Shown one piece after another: positions 25,109-37,600 of a stretch of 64,000 nt of DNA. Origin of the DNA: Mytilus californianus (taxonomy: Eukaryota); the NCBI RefSeq assembly GCF_021869535.1, contig NW_026262745.1, forward strand, positions 70,742,001 to 70,806,000. The letters are read 5' to 3'. The position numbers and the translations under genes are program-made. Numbering within the stretch: the stretch's first letter is position 1; each line of letters starts with the position of its first letter. Below the pieces are notes generated by a model that searched no databases, was not told the DNA's origin, and saw nothing but the letters and a program-made list of their open reading frames with translations.

Positions 25109-28100
25109 GTTTTTTTATGTGCTCTGCTGTCTAAACCACCTATGTTAAAAGAAGAGGAAGAAGAGGGCCGGAAGATCTTCCGAGTTCAAAAAAACAGAAA
25201 TGGACCTCTTCTGGCTCTCTCCCGATGAACAAAAAAACACGCCCCTTGTTTATAAGATTTTGTATTTAGTGTTTGATTTACTGATCAAACGGATTTTAAG
25301 CTGCATTTATTTCAATTGATAAGTGTTTATCTTATGACATAGGTGCCATCACTAACACCCAAACTGTCAAGAGTTACTGGGGTATACATGGTATAGAAGT
25401 TTAGTCACTTTGGTCTTAGTTCGGACTCCTTGATAACTCGGCCCATACCAAAGTCGGCCTGTAACAAAATCGGCCTTTAACAAACTCAAGAAATGATCAA
25501 TAAAATCTTTGAAAGTACTGAAAGGTTCATCTTGCAGTTAACATTTTTATGTCAATAATTTTGTGCAACAGCTTGCGTGTTGATCAAATTCTAAATATAC
25601 ATTGACTGTCAATAAGGTCACCAACTATTCAATACGCCCTTTACAATGACAAAGATTATTGATAAACAATCTAATTGTCAAATATTTATTATTTAATAAC
25701 ACAAGTATAGCTTTTAAATCAGTAATTTTTTTTTTATTTCATACATGACATGCATGACATATATATATAGCTACAGATTTATATGATTCATTCAATCATT
25801 GTAATTATTAACATGATTAATACATGTAATATATCTGAACTAACACAAAATTAAATCTGCCCTCAATTACATTGATTATTGATTATAGATAAAATTGTCA
25901 TCTTTTTATTGTTTCGTGAACACAAATCAAGGTTATAAGTCTACAAAACTTTTATTTTATTACTGTTAGGGGTCAGTTAAGGATTTTTGCAGCTTACATG
26001 TTGGTTAGTAATAGAAAATATTTTATGTACAGATAAATGCCTTTTATAAGTTATTTATTAGATTTGAATTACTTTTTAATTTCTGAAATATTCTATTGTG
26101 TAAATGTGTCAGTTTAACAATAAATCATTACTAAGATAGAAATTTATAACATAGGTAAAAAAAAGTAAGAGACTTTTTGGTGACCTTTTAACAAGGCAGA
26201 ATCGTGAACTGTGACATGGTTTTCTTTTTTTGGTGTATAAATGGGAGGTGCAAAATCAATAGGGATTGCATGGAAAACTTCTGCACTATATTTACATTGA
26301 TGACATTCACTTGTATGGTTCTGATAGTTTTTTTTCTTATAATGATTAATGTTCCAATGTACACATTTGTTCATACATCTGAGTCACAGGAACACAACAA
26401 ACAGCAAAATTATGATGACCATATTTTGACCTCTAGATATCTCTTGTGAACTTTTGGTTATTTGTGTCCTTGGGTTGCTGACTAACACAAAAATGGACAA
26501 ACAGGGACAGATCCTTACAGACATTTCAGTTTTCTAGATGTATTTATTTACACTCTTTGTGATTTTTTAAAACTTGCTGGATTAAACCTTATTATAATTC
26601 CAAAAACTTGTATGTTTTTTTTTGTTTTAGGCATATATGTTGGTGGGAATTATAAGAATTAAAAGGTGTTTTTGTTGTTTATCAATATGTAGAATAGTTA
26701 CTGTGAATTTATTTATTATCATGGGTACCAATTTTCACAGATTGAAGAAAAGTTGTATTTTTGTAGCAAGGTATCTGATTTGTGGTATTGCCAAAGCTAC
26801 CATGGTTACCATACTAATCTATGTATACGATAGAAAATTCTTAAATCGATAAACACTTAAATTGGTACAAATGTAGTTAAGGTAGCTGGCTATGGGGGTC
26901 TGAATGTTTGACTATAGATTTTTCTAAAACTTCTTTAGAAGACTATTGGGTCATTGTACTCTCAAATTTCAATAAAAATTGGGGGTCACAGACCTTGTTT
27001 TTTGGTTGAAATGCATTGAAATCAACAAAATCACAGTTATTTTATATGGGTTATTAATTATATAGGGGAAACTTGATTTTTCCATATTGAGGAAACATTA
27101 CACAATAGAATTGCTTAAATCTCAATGAGGGAATTGCTTTTCATAAATACTTCCAAAATTCTAAATAGAAATAGAGGGTCACCTGGTCACAGACCTTATT
27201 TTCTGGAAAAATTTAAAAAAAAACGCAAATTGTCTGATCAAATTCAATATAATTATCTCCCCTTGCTTTTTCTGAAATTTTTTTCATACACTTAACGAAA
27301 TTAAATTTTTTGATAGATTAATTCCTTAATTTCAAGTAAAACATGTTGTTGTTGTCTATTGAATGATACTTAGTAAAATATTTTTAAACCAGAAAAATAA
27401 TTTGGCAACACAAGGGTTGCTCAGAAAAAAGATACTCCATCTACCTAAATTTGCCTTTACAAGCAAAATCCATGAATAAATGGATGAATGATACAATGGC
27501 AACACAAAATGATGAATCCATAACTTATCTTAGTCATGTTAGTCATGTAGTTGTTATTACAAACTTACTACATGTATTATAGAAGTCATTCTGACTATTA
27601 TCATGATTATTTTGCATTTCAGTGCTTCATTTCATTCTATACAGGAAGGTTTGGACGAGGGGTCCTTCATTTTCTTTATTCTTAAATTTTTTAAGCCATG
27701 TTTTCTCTATTCTTTTTTAATTTTGCTCATTTTTCTCTTTTCTTTATACATTTTGCCAATGTTTCTCTATTCTTTATCATGTTTATATTTAAGCATCCCA
27801 TTATTCTTTACTTTAAATATTTTCTGCCCATTTTACTCTAATATTCTTTATTTTTGGTACCCATTTTTTTTGCAATTTTTTTCTGTATACCCAATCCTCA
27901 TACACTGATAATATCCTTAAAAATGATAATTGTCCAATGACATGTATAATTTTAAAAAAAAAACTTTTGAAAAGTGACATTTCTTGCACATTTGAAAAAC
28001 ATATTTCCAGAAGATGCTGGGTATACTTTATTTCATATACTCAGAAAAAAAACTAGTTACATTGTATTATATGTTGTATATACTTCTTATAAAATCAGAT

Positions 28101-28653
28101 GTATTAATCTTATCAGTGTTTGTCTGGATTATTTGATAATGACATCCTGTTCATAATTCCATCATCTATCTTATAAGTACAAATAATCAGGGGATTAGTA
28201 CAAATGTTTCAACATTTTTGTACATATTAGCCAATTTTTTTTACAAATCAGTCAGTCCCACTTGAAAATTAGCAGCAGTTGTAGACAGATAGAGGGCAAA
28301 TTTATTGTAAGTTTCAATTCCAATTTTGAAAAATTGTAAAAGTTTACGAGGTGTTTTCACCTAGCATGCTTAGAAGTCATTCTGTTACAAGTGAAAAGTT
28401 TTACAAAGGGATTGTAAATACCATTGCAAGTTTGAGCTCTATGGAGTTTCACATCATATGCATTCTACCTATTTATCATGGATAAAAAAGTCATTCAGTC
28501 ATAACATTAGAATGCCAAGTAAGTTGATAGAATTTTAAATGATAATTTTAAACTCAGTGTAATCATTGTTTAAAAGATGAATAAAATTTATTCTGAATAT
28601 AAAAATATATCTAATTCATAACTTCAAAAAATATTGTTTGTTCTTTTCAGGTA

Positions 28654-31600
28654 ATGTCTAAAAAAGTTTTAATCACTGGGAGCATCAGGATTATTAGGCC
28701 GAGCTGTATACAAGGAATTTGTGAATGAAGGATCATGGGACGTTTTGGGCCTGGCGTTCAGTAGATGTACAGGAAAATTAAGGAAATGTGACATAACTAA
28801 AGATGAGGAAGTGAAAACTGTGATGAAAGAGTTTAATGTAAGTGTTGATGACCTGCAATTTTTGGAATGATTGCTTTAAAAGTTCTAATCATAAGAATAA
28901 GAAGATGTGGTATAATGGCCAATGAGAAAACTCTCCCAAAGAGACCAAATGACACAGAAATTAACAACTATAGGTCACTGTACTGCCTTCAACAATGAAC
29001 AAAGCCCATACCGTTTAGTCAGCTATAAAAGGCCCTAAAATGACAAAATTAATGTAAAATAAATCAAACCAGAAAACTTACGGCCTAATTAAGGTACAAA
29101 ATAATAATCAGCATATACTTAATAAACTTTTTGAAAATTTGTGTTTTCATACGAATGCAAAACTTTGCAGCCATATAAATGGTATGATGTCATTTTGTCT
29201 TGTTGTTGAGTCTTTTTGTGTGCTTAGTGCAGAACTGATGTCTTTTGTCTTGATGCAAGTTGTTTATTTTGGTTTGTGCCAATCTGACAAATCAAGCCAA
29301 TCACATCTGATTTTATTTAGAGAGTTATACTGTTACACCACTGACTGAAGTAAGGAGGAAGGGGGTGGGGTTGAGCACTTATTAACATGTTTAACCCCTT
29401 CTTTGTGTGCCTGTCCCAAGATAGGAGCATGTTTGTCAGTATTTGGGGTTGGTTGCTCACAGTCTGCTATTTTTTTTTTATTGTTCTTAGCATATATATC
29501 AGGCTGTTTTTTTTTCTCTTTTGAATTGTTCCACATGTTGTAGTACCAGAGCCCTTATAGTGTACTATATATTCACATTATTTGGTCTCTGGTGGATAGT
29601 TGTCTCATTGGCAACCATATCACATCTCCTTATTTTTGTACTAATGCTGTAATATTATTATATATATACATTATTACAGCCATCAGTAGTTATACATTCT
29701 GCTGCTGAGAGGAAGCCAGATGCTGTTGAACAGAAACCAGAAGCAACACAAGAGCTGAATGTATCAGCAACCAAAGTAGTCTGTCAGAATGCAGGTATTT
29801 TTCATGTTCACATAAAACTTACTATTCCTACTGAGTCTGAAAGTAAATTGTGCATGATGCATGGATCTATTATCTGGTCTAAAAATATCAAGCATGTCGT
29901 TGTTAAAGTAATATTTAAAATTGGAGTTATCTTCCTTTGTCCAATTCATAGTATTGCATTCCAATGCTTAATACAATGTAATGCTTAATTTTTAGTTCCC
30001 ACTGCAAAATAAATGCTATCTTTACACTTCAGTGCTCATAGGCTTTTTTATATTAAAAAGTCAATAGGATATATGGAACATAATTAACATTTGTAAAAGA
30101 GACATGTATCTTGACAGCATGAGACAACTAAAACATGTGTCATCAGCAATTGCAAATGCATTATAAGAATGTTTGATAAATCCAATGCTTATGTTCTGTA
30201 TAAATTTTGTTGCTACTCTTGACACCTATTAAGTTTGGCAGTTATTTTTCATGGGCTATGTTCCTTTAATATAAGAAATTCCCTGACCAGCATTATAAAG
30301 CCTCTGTTTCATTATCCATGAATGGGTATTCTCTATCCCTTAGATACTTAGCCATAGTTTTTTAGGGTAAAAATTGCACAAATTACAATGGATAGAATCC
30401 ATAAAGTTACTAGCTGGTTAGCTATATTTTAGTAATCTTTTGAGTTTGTTTCTATCCATGTCTATATAAATTAAGGAAATGTGGTATGGTTGCCAATGAA
30501 ACAACTATCCACCCAAACCAAATGACGTAGATGTTAGCAACTATGGGTCACAGTATGGCCTTCAGCAATGAGCAAAACCAATGCTACATAGCAAGCTATA
30601 AAAGGTCCCAACACAACAAAACGTGCGACAATTCTAATAAGAAAACAAACGACCTGATTTATATACATAAACAAATAAATACACATGTGATATACACTTA
30701 CAAATGAATACCAGTGTATTACAGGCTCTTGACTTAGGACAGATACATACAGGATGTAAGCAGTATATTTATAATATATACTCAAATATAAATATAAAAA
30801 ATGATGTGTAAGTGTATTACCATACTAACATGTATCATGCTTATTTAGAAAAATAAAATTTAAATTACGCAAGTAACAAAAAGTAGTGCATGGCTTATAA
30901 AGCAATCTGTTATACCATCAAAGGGAAATAAATCATTCAATGCCTAAATTTCTTTCTAAACAGATTGATTTCATATGTATCTTTACTGAGGATTTAAATA
31001 TAGAATTAAACAATTCATACATTGTCTTCAAATATAAATTTTATGTGTACAAGGCTTAGAAACAGGTAGAAAGGGAGGCTTTGCTGAGCATTTCTATCCT
31101 GTTTTGAGCAGAAATAAAATTTATATTTCATGACAATTTATATTTATTATACATCCCCCCCTCCCCCCCCCCCCCCTCCCCCCTCCCCCGTAGCGGAAGG
31201 GGCATTATGTTTTACCCTTGTACGTCTGTACGTCCGTCCGTCCGTCCGTATGTACGTACATCCCAAAATTGGTTTCTGTTCCCTAACTTCAGTTTGCCTC
31301 AACCAAATGTTATGAAACTTATACACAGTGATCATTACTACATAACACAGATCCTGTTTGAATTTTGATAGCATCACTTTTATCGTTCTAGAGTTATCTA
31401 CCTTTACAAATGGAAAAATTGCTGAAATATTTGTTTCTGTTCTCTAACTTAAGAGTGCCTCAAACTGAATGTTATGAAACGTATACACAATGCTTATTAC
31501 CACTAAACTCAGATAAAGTAACAAATTTTGGTAGCGTCACTTTAACACTTCAGTTGTGTCCCTTTATAACGTTATATGCAAACGGGGGCATCATCTGTGT

Positions 31601-34600
31601 CCCATGGACACATTCCCCATTTATTCTTTATATACTGCATTTCCTACAACTGTTCAAAATCAAATATTTAGGGTAAAAACCATCATTTTTTTAATTTGGA
31701 GCGAATGACGTAAAAATTCCGCTTACCTGTAGTTTTAATGACGTCTTAAATAAAACACAACTGAAAGGCATTGTCAACATCATAAACAAGGTGATATACG
31801 GTCAGTGACTGTATATCACAAATGATTATACGGTCCATGCAATTTGACTGCACAAATAGCACAGCTACAGTATTTACCATTTTATCAGGTTTTCAGTTGG
31901 TAATTATTAAAAATCATTAAGTCAAATTTCTAGCGCTAGCTGATTTGGTATGGTATTTATTGATAACACATTTATTTACTTTTTTTAGCTGCTGTTGGTG
32001 CTTGGGTATTATATATCAGTACAGATTACGTGTTTGAAGGATCATCACCTCCATATGCCGAGGATGCTACCCCAAATCCACTTAACAAATATGGACAAAG
32101 TAAATTTGAAGGTGAAAAGGTCACAATGGAGGTTAGTCAAGGTAGACATCTAATTTTTCAATATTAATGTTAATATCTTATTTGAAGCTTTCATAAAATT
32201 GTGAAAGATAGCTGTTTCTTACATGGAATTGGGTTCCATCTTAATTTAAGTAGATATGAATATGATTTAAAAAAAAAAGATAGTATCAACAAAAATTGGT
32301 ATAGATTGATAATTTCAAAAATAGCTTAGAATAGTTTAAAAAGACTGTCAATTCATTTGTTTAAATTTGATTAGACTGAAGTAAAGAACCACATGTTGAA
32401 AATTGGTTTAATATTCATAAAAGAAAATCAACCAGTTGACCCTCAAAGATGGCATCCAACATATCCAAGGAAAATAAGTCCAACCACTATTTCATCATTG
32501 AAAACTATCTATAGAATTATTGCAGTAACAAATGTAAAATATTATTCTACCATACATATGTTAGTGCAATAATCCCTTTGAAATTTTTCATTGATGTAAT
32601 AGAAGTTGGAGTTATTTCCCTTGGATCAATCTTGGAAGGCCAACTGGTTGATTTTCTTAATCACTTACCAATCATAGGATTTCGCTCCTCTGTTTCAAAA
32701 AAACAAGGTGTTTAAAAGACTGTTAAAGATTGATAGAATATGAATAAGGGAACTTAAAAATTAGAAAAAAATGATAGGTCTGTGTTCTAGTTTTTGAGAT
32801 ATAATCAATAGAAAATTTGGCGGGAAATAGTTCTCTCTAGATTTTTCATACATTTAACAATGACACCTTTTTCCTTTCAAAAACTATGAAAAAATAACAA
32901 GGATTTTATAAGATTTTCAAAAATGACTTAAAACTATATACAATAAAATTCTGAAAAGAAAAGTATGGGTCAGTGGGCAAAATTTTTATTGGCACTACAT
33001 GGATAAAACTAGAGGATTCAGAATATCTGACAAAAAGTCAAAAACAAGAGTAGCGAACATCTTTAAACATGTGGTACAGCCAAGTTGGACCAATAGAAGA
33101 TCCTTAATAGATAGTAGTATTGAATAAGATGAGGCTTAAACAAATAAAAATCATTCAGGAAAAAAAAAATTTCTGAAATCTAGTAGTCAGTATATATTTG
33201 AAGTTGATTTTGATTTTATAAAAGATTGGGCGAAGGGAAGTAACTCTGACTTGTGTATCGATGGGAAATAATCAACTGTAAATTTAGAAATTATTGTGAG
33301 GTTTTTGTTAATGCGAATAATGTGACTTACAAATGTATCGCAATAATAAAAAGTCGCATTCTGATATCTGATACATATATTTGTATGCAGATTTTTTAAC
33401 ATTGCAATAATTAATCTCGCATTTTTGTCCATTTTTAATAAATCGTAGTAATAAATGCACGCAATAATTTCAGAATTTACAGTATATCATTGTGTTTTGT
33501 TTGTAGATAATTCAATATTAAGAGTGCCAATTCTGTATGGAGACATTGAGTACTTGGATGAGAGTGCTGTATCTACACTATTTCAGAAGGTCACAGACTC
33601 ATCTAAACCGTGTCCTATGTCAGATTATGAACGACGTTTTCCAACTCATTGTGATGACATAGCATATGTGATAAGACAGTTAGCAGAGAGAAGGATCACA
33701 GTAAGTTCTTGAAATTTTACATTGCGTTTAAAAATACCATTAAATGTTTCTTATGTAATAATACATCTGCAGCTTTTTTACCAAAAAATATTTAAATTAA
33801 ATTGACCAAGTTGTCCGGAAATCATGGAAGTGTTCAGTATTTTCTTGTAAAAAAGAGGCTAAAGATACCAAAGGGACATTCATAAGTCGAAAACTAACTA
33901 ACAAAGCCATGGCTAAAAAAGAAAAAAAGACCACCAAAAAAACAAACACAAAACACAACATAGAAAACTAAAGACTGAGCAACACGAACCCCACCAAAAG
34001 CTAGGGGTGTTCTCAGGTACTCCAGAACAGATCCTGCTCCACATTTGGCACCTGTTGTGTTACACGTGTAAATACAAACCAGCTGTTGATTGTAAGATTC
34101 TTCATGAAAACAGTTCCTGGAATAGTTAATCAATTATTTACAAAAGCAACTCTGTCCATCTTACTTTCAAATTAAATTTGCAATGTAAATTATAAATACA
34201 GTGTACCTGGCTGCAAATTTCACAGGACTTTATATTATGGTTTCAGTATATCTTTTGATGAAGTCAAGCATATTCACTTTATTGTCGCCTCTGATGTTTT
34301 ATAAATTCTAAGTAATTTATTAAATAAAGGTATAAGATTATTTAGGTCATCAAAACAAGTATTTTTGTGCTTGTTTAATCATTTGATTTGTATACCGACT
34401 AATACTTGAATGTGATTTGTCGGTTAGAATGAGTTCCTTGGTTTAGACTTTGATAGAGCATGTTGCTGGATCTACTCCTGTAACCAATGTAGAAACTATG
34501 ATGATGTCACTCTGTTATATACAGTATATGTATGATAATAAATTTGAAATTGGCAGAAAATATGAAAAAAATGTTTAGTTGAGAATTTTAAAGATAAAAC

Positions 34601-37600
34601 ACACTTTTTGTAGAGGTTTATTCAGTTTGCAAAATGGTTTGTGAGTTAATGGGCCAAGGTAACACATCAACAACCTCTAGAAAAAATGTGTTTAATCCTA
34701 CAGAAGTTTTTGATTGCGAAGTGATGGTTTTAATGCAGTACAGACTGCTTTTATTGAAGAATTATAGTGCTTTTATGCTCTGGAAAAGATAGATAGTTTA
34801 TCACAGGCGCTTTAGGATTTTATTGTATTCTAGCAATAATCTTAAGGATTTAAAAAAAAGTTTTTATTACAATGTAATAAAAGAAAGGGCCATTCATATA
34901 TATTTTTTTTAATCGTGAAGATATTTGCTAGAATAAGTGAAAGAGGGAAAATAAGTTGAAATACTCAAGAATTTTACTTTAAATGAATTTAAAAAAGGGG
35001 AGGGGAGGGGTTCATTCCCCAAACACCTGTGAATAAATTAATGGTTGTTTCAGTTGCAATGGTATAGCTTTATTAGTTTCCTAACAAAATATTTTACAAA
35101 TATTTGATATCCTCCAAATAGTTTTTTTTTTACTGAATTCAGTGGTTTTACTGAGATTTTTACTTGAAATTGAAGTGAGATATCAGTGTTTGATCAGTTA
35201 ATCATGTTAATAGTCATATTCCATAGCTAAATGAGTTGAACATTTTTTATCTGTGTCATTGCAGTGTTCTTTCCAGGGGTTATAGTGTCATGGTTCCATA
35301 TTGGTGTTATATCTTTAACCATGGTGATATCTTAAGGTTGCAATTCTGTAAATATAGACAATGCAATTTCCCATAGGAACTCCTTTTTCAGCTAAAACTG
35401 TGCCACTTTTACTGTGAAGTTTCGTAAAAAATTATATCCCAGAACGGAAAGTTTATATGCACTACTTTTTTATTCAAAGGTCATGAAGGTCAAAATATAG
35501 GGCTGTGCGGCATATTTTCAACATTGATATGCCCTGAACTTCTAACAGTTTAAACTTATACTAAAATTCTATACTACCCCTACCTCCATTTTTGGACGCC
35601 TAAGAATTAAATTTTAGGCGCTACCATGTTTTTCTATACTGGTAACATTCCCAAGTTATGTCTCTATGAGATGAAACACAGAGATCATATCTGGGAACCA
35701 GTACGTTAACAAATTAACATATCTATAAATATTATATATCTCCCCAAAAGAGGCGTGGCTTGTGAAACAGCTGTATTTACAAAGTGCCACCTAAAGAGAT
35801 TTGATAGTAGAATGTAGTATGCATGTGATGCTTTAAATTAAGGGAGCCATCATTGTGTTATTTGAAAATACTTGTGAAAAAAGTGAAAGTTTTTGTATGA
35901 AAACAATATCTAATATTATTACACATTGAATTATAAGTGCCACTATCAGAGTTTAGGGGGAAAATATGAAGATAGCAAATGGGAAGTCAAAATCATAAGT
36001 GGCTATGGATGATTGGAACCTATCAAGCTATTACAGTTAACGGTGCCAAGCTGCAGCTTTTAAAATTGTCAGCTGGAGGTGGTAAATAAAGGCAACAGTA
36101 GTATAATACTGTTCGAAATTCATAAATCGATTGAGAAAAAAACAAATCCGGGTTACAAACTAAAGCTCAACTGTGATAGTGACGCTGACACTTTGAAAAG
36201 CTGCAGCTTGCCACCTCCAGCTGTGATAGTGATACTGACACTTTGAAAAGATGCAGCTTTCCACCTCAGGTTATGATAGCGACACAGACACTTTAAAACT
36301 ATTAGTACCAGTATCATATTGAAGGTGGAGGGCTGTACATCCTATCAATATTATAACAGTTTTGGTGAACTGCTGCCTTTTTGTGTGGCAGTGTCACTAT
36401 CACAGCTGTAGGTGCCAAGCTGCAGCTTTTTAAAGTGTCTGTGTAGCTATCATAACCTGAGTTGGGAAGCTGCATCTTTTCAAAGTGTCAGTATCACTAT
36501 CACAGCTGGAGGTGGCAAGCTGCAGCTTTTCAAAGTGTCAGTGTCACTATCACAGTTGGATCATCTGAGGTGGTAAGCTGCAGCTTCTTCAAAATGTCAG
36601 AGTCACTATCACAGCTGGAGGGGGCAAGCTGCAACTTTTCAAAGTGTCAGCGTCACTTTAATAGTTGGAGCTTATTAGGTGGCAAGCTGCAGCTTTTAAA
36701 AGTATCAATTCCACTATCACAGCTGAAGGTGACAAGCTGCAGCTTTTTAAAGTGTCAGTGTCACTATCACAGCTGAATGTGACAAGCTGCAGCTTTTTTA
36801 AGTATCAATGTCACTATCCCAGTAGGAGGTGGGAAGCTGTAGCTTTTTAAAGTGTCAGTGTCACTTTCACAGCTGGAGGTGACAAGCTGCAGCTTTTCAA
36901 AGTATCAGTGTCACTTTAACAGTTGGAGGTGGGAAGCTATAGCTTTTCAAAGTGTCAGTGTCACTTTCAAAGCTGGCGGTGGGAAGCTGTAGCTTTTCCA
37001 AGTATCAGTGTCACTATCACATTTGGAGGTGGGAAACTGTAGCTTTTCAAAGTATCAGTACCACTATCACAGTTAGAGGTGGTAAGCTGCAGCTTTTTGA
37101 AGTGTCAGTATCACGATCACAGATTGGGGTGGAAGGATGTACACTATCAAAATTTTAATGCAACAATCATGATTTGAGAGGGTTACCTTATCAAACTGTT
37201 ACTCCAGATTCACGGCTGGAGGTGGAGGGCTTTTCTCTAAGTTCTGAGGACTAAAATCAATTAAACTATTAGTACCAGCATCACAAATTTAGTCAGATGA
37301 CTATTTCATGTCACAATATTAATTTCACTACAAAAGATGGAGATAAAGGACTGTATACTATCAAACTGTTTGTATCACTATGCCCGTTGGAGGCAAAGAG
37401 CTGTACTCTATTAGTGCCACAATCAAAGACGGATACTGAGGACTGCAATATATATAAGTATCATAATTGAAGGTAGAGGGCTGTACTTTAAGAGCCGCAA
37501 TTATTCATTGGAATTGAGGGCCGTATCTACCATATCAAACTATTAGTACCAGTATCATATTGAAGGTGGAGGGCTGTATTATTTTAATTTGTTAGTTCAC

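Larger units (their letters stand above)
14260..25244. mobile_element. Complete PIF/Harbinger DNA transposon (~11 kb) with three coding units
   Basis: Left TIR GGGCGTGTTTTATTGGTC starts at 14260. The right end reverse-complements to GGGCGTGTTTTTTTGTTC and ends at 25244. A 3-bp TSD CTT lies at 14257-59 and 25245-47. The element encloses a DDE transposase and a convergent Myb/SANT gene, the canonical Harbinger pair. Confidence 0.9.

Noticed and set aside
36462-37158. Cys/His-rich repeated ORFs (KCQCHYHS)
   Set aside because: Artefact of the 50-bp minisatellite, whose consensus lacks stops; the period is not a codon multiple.
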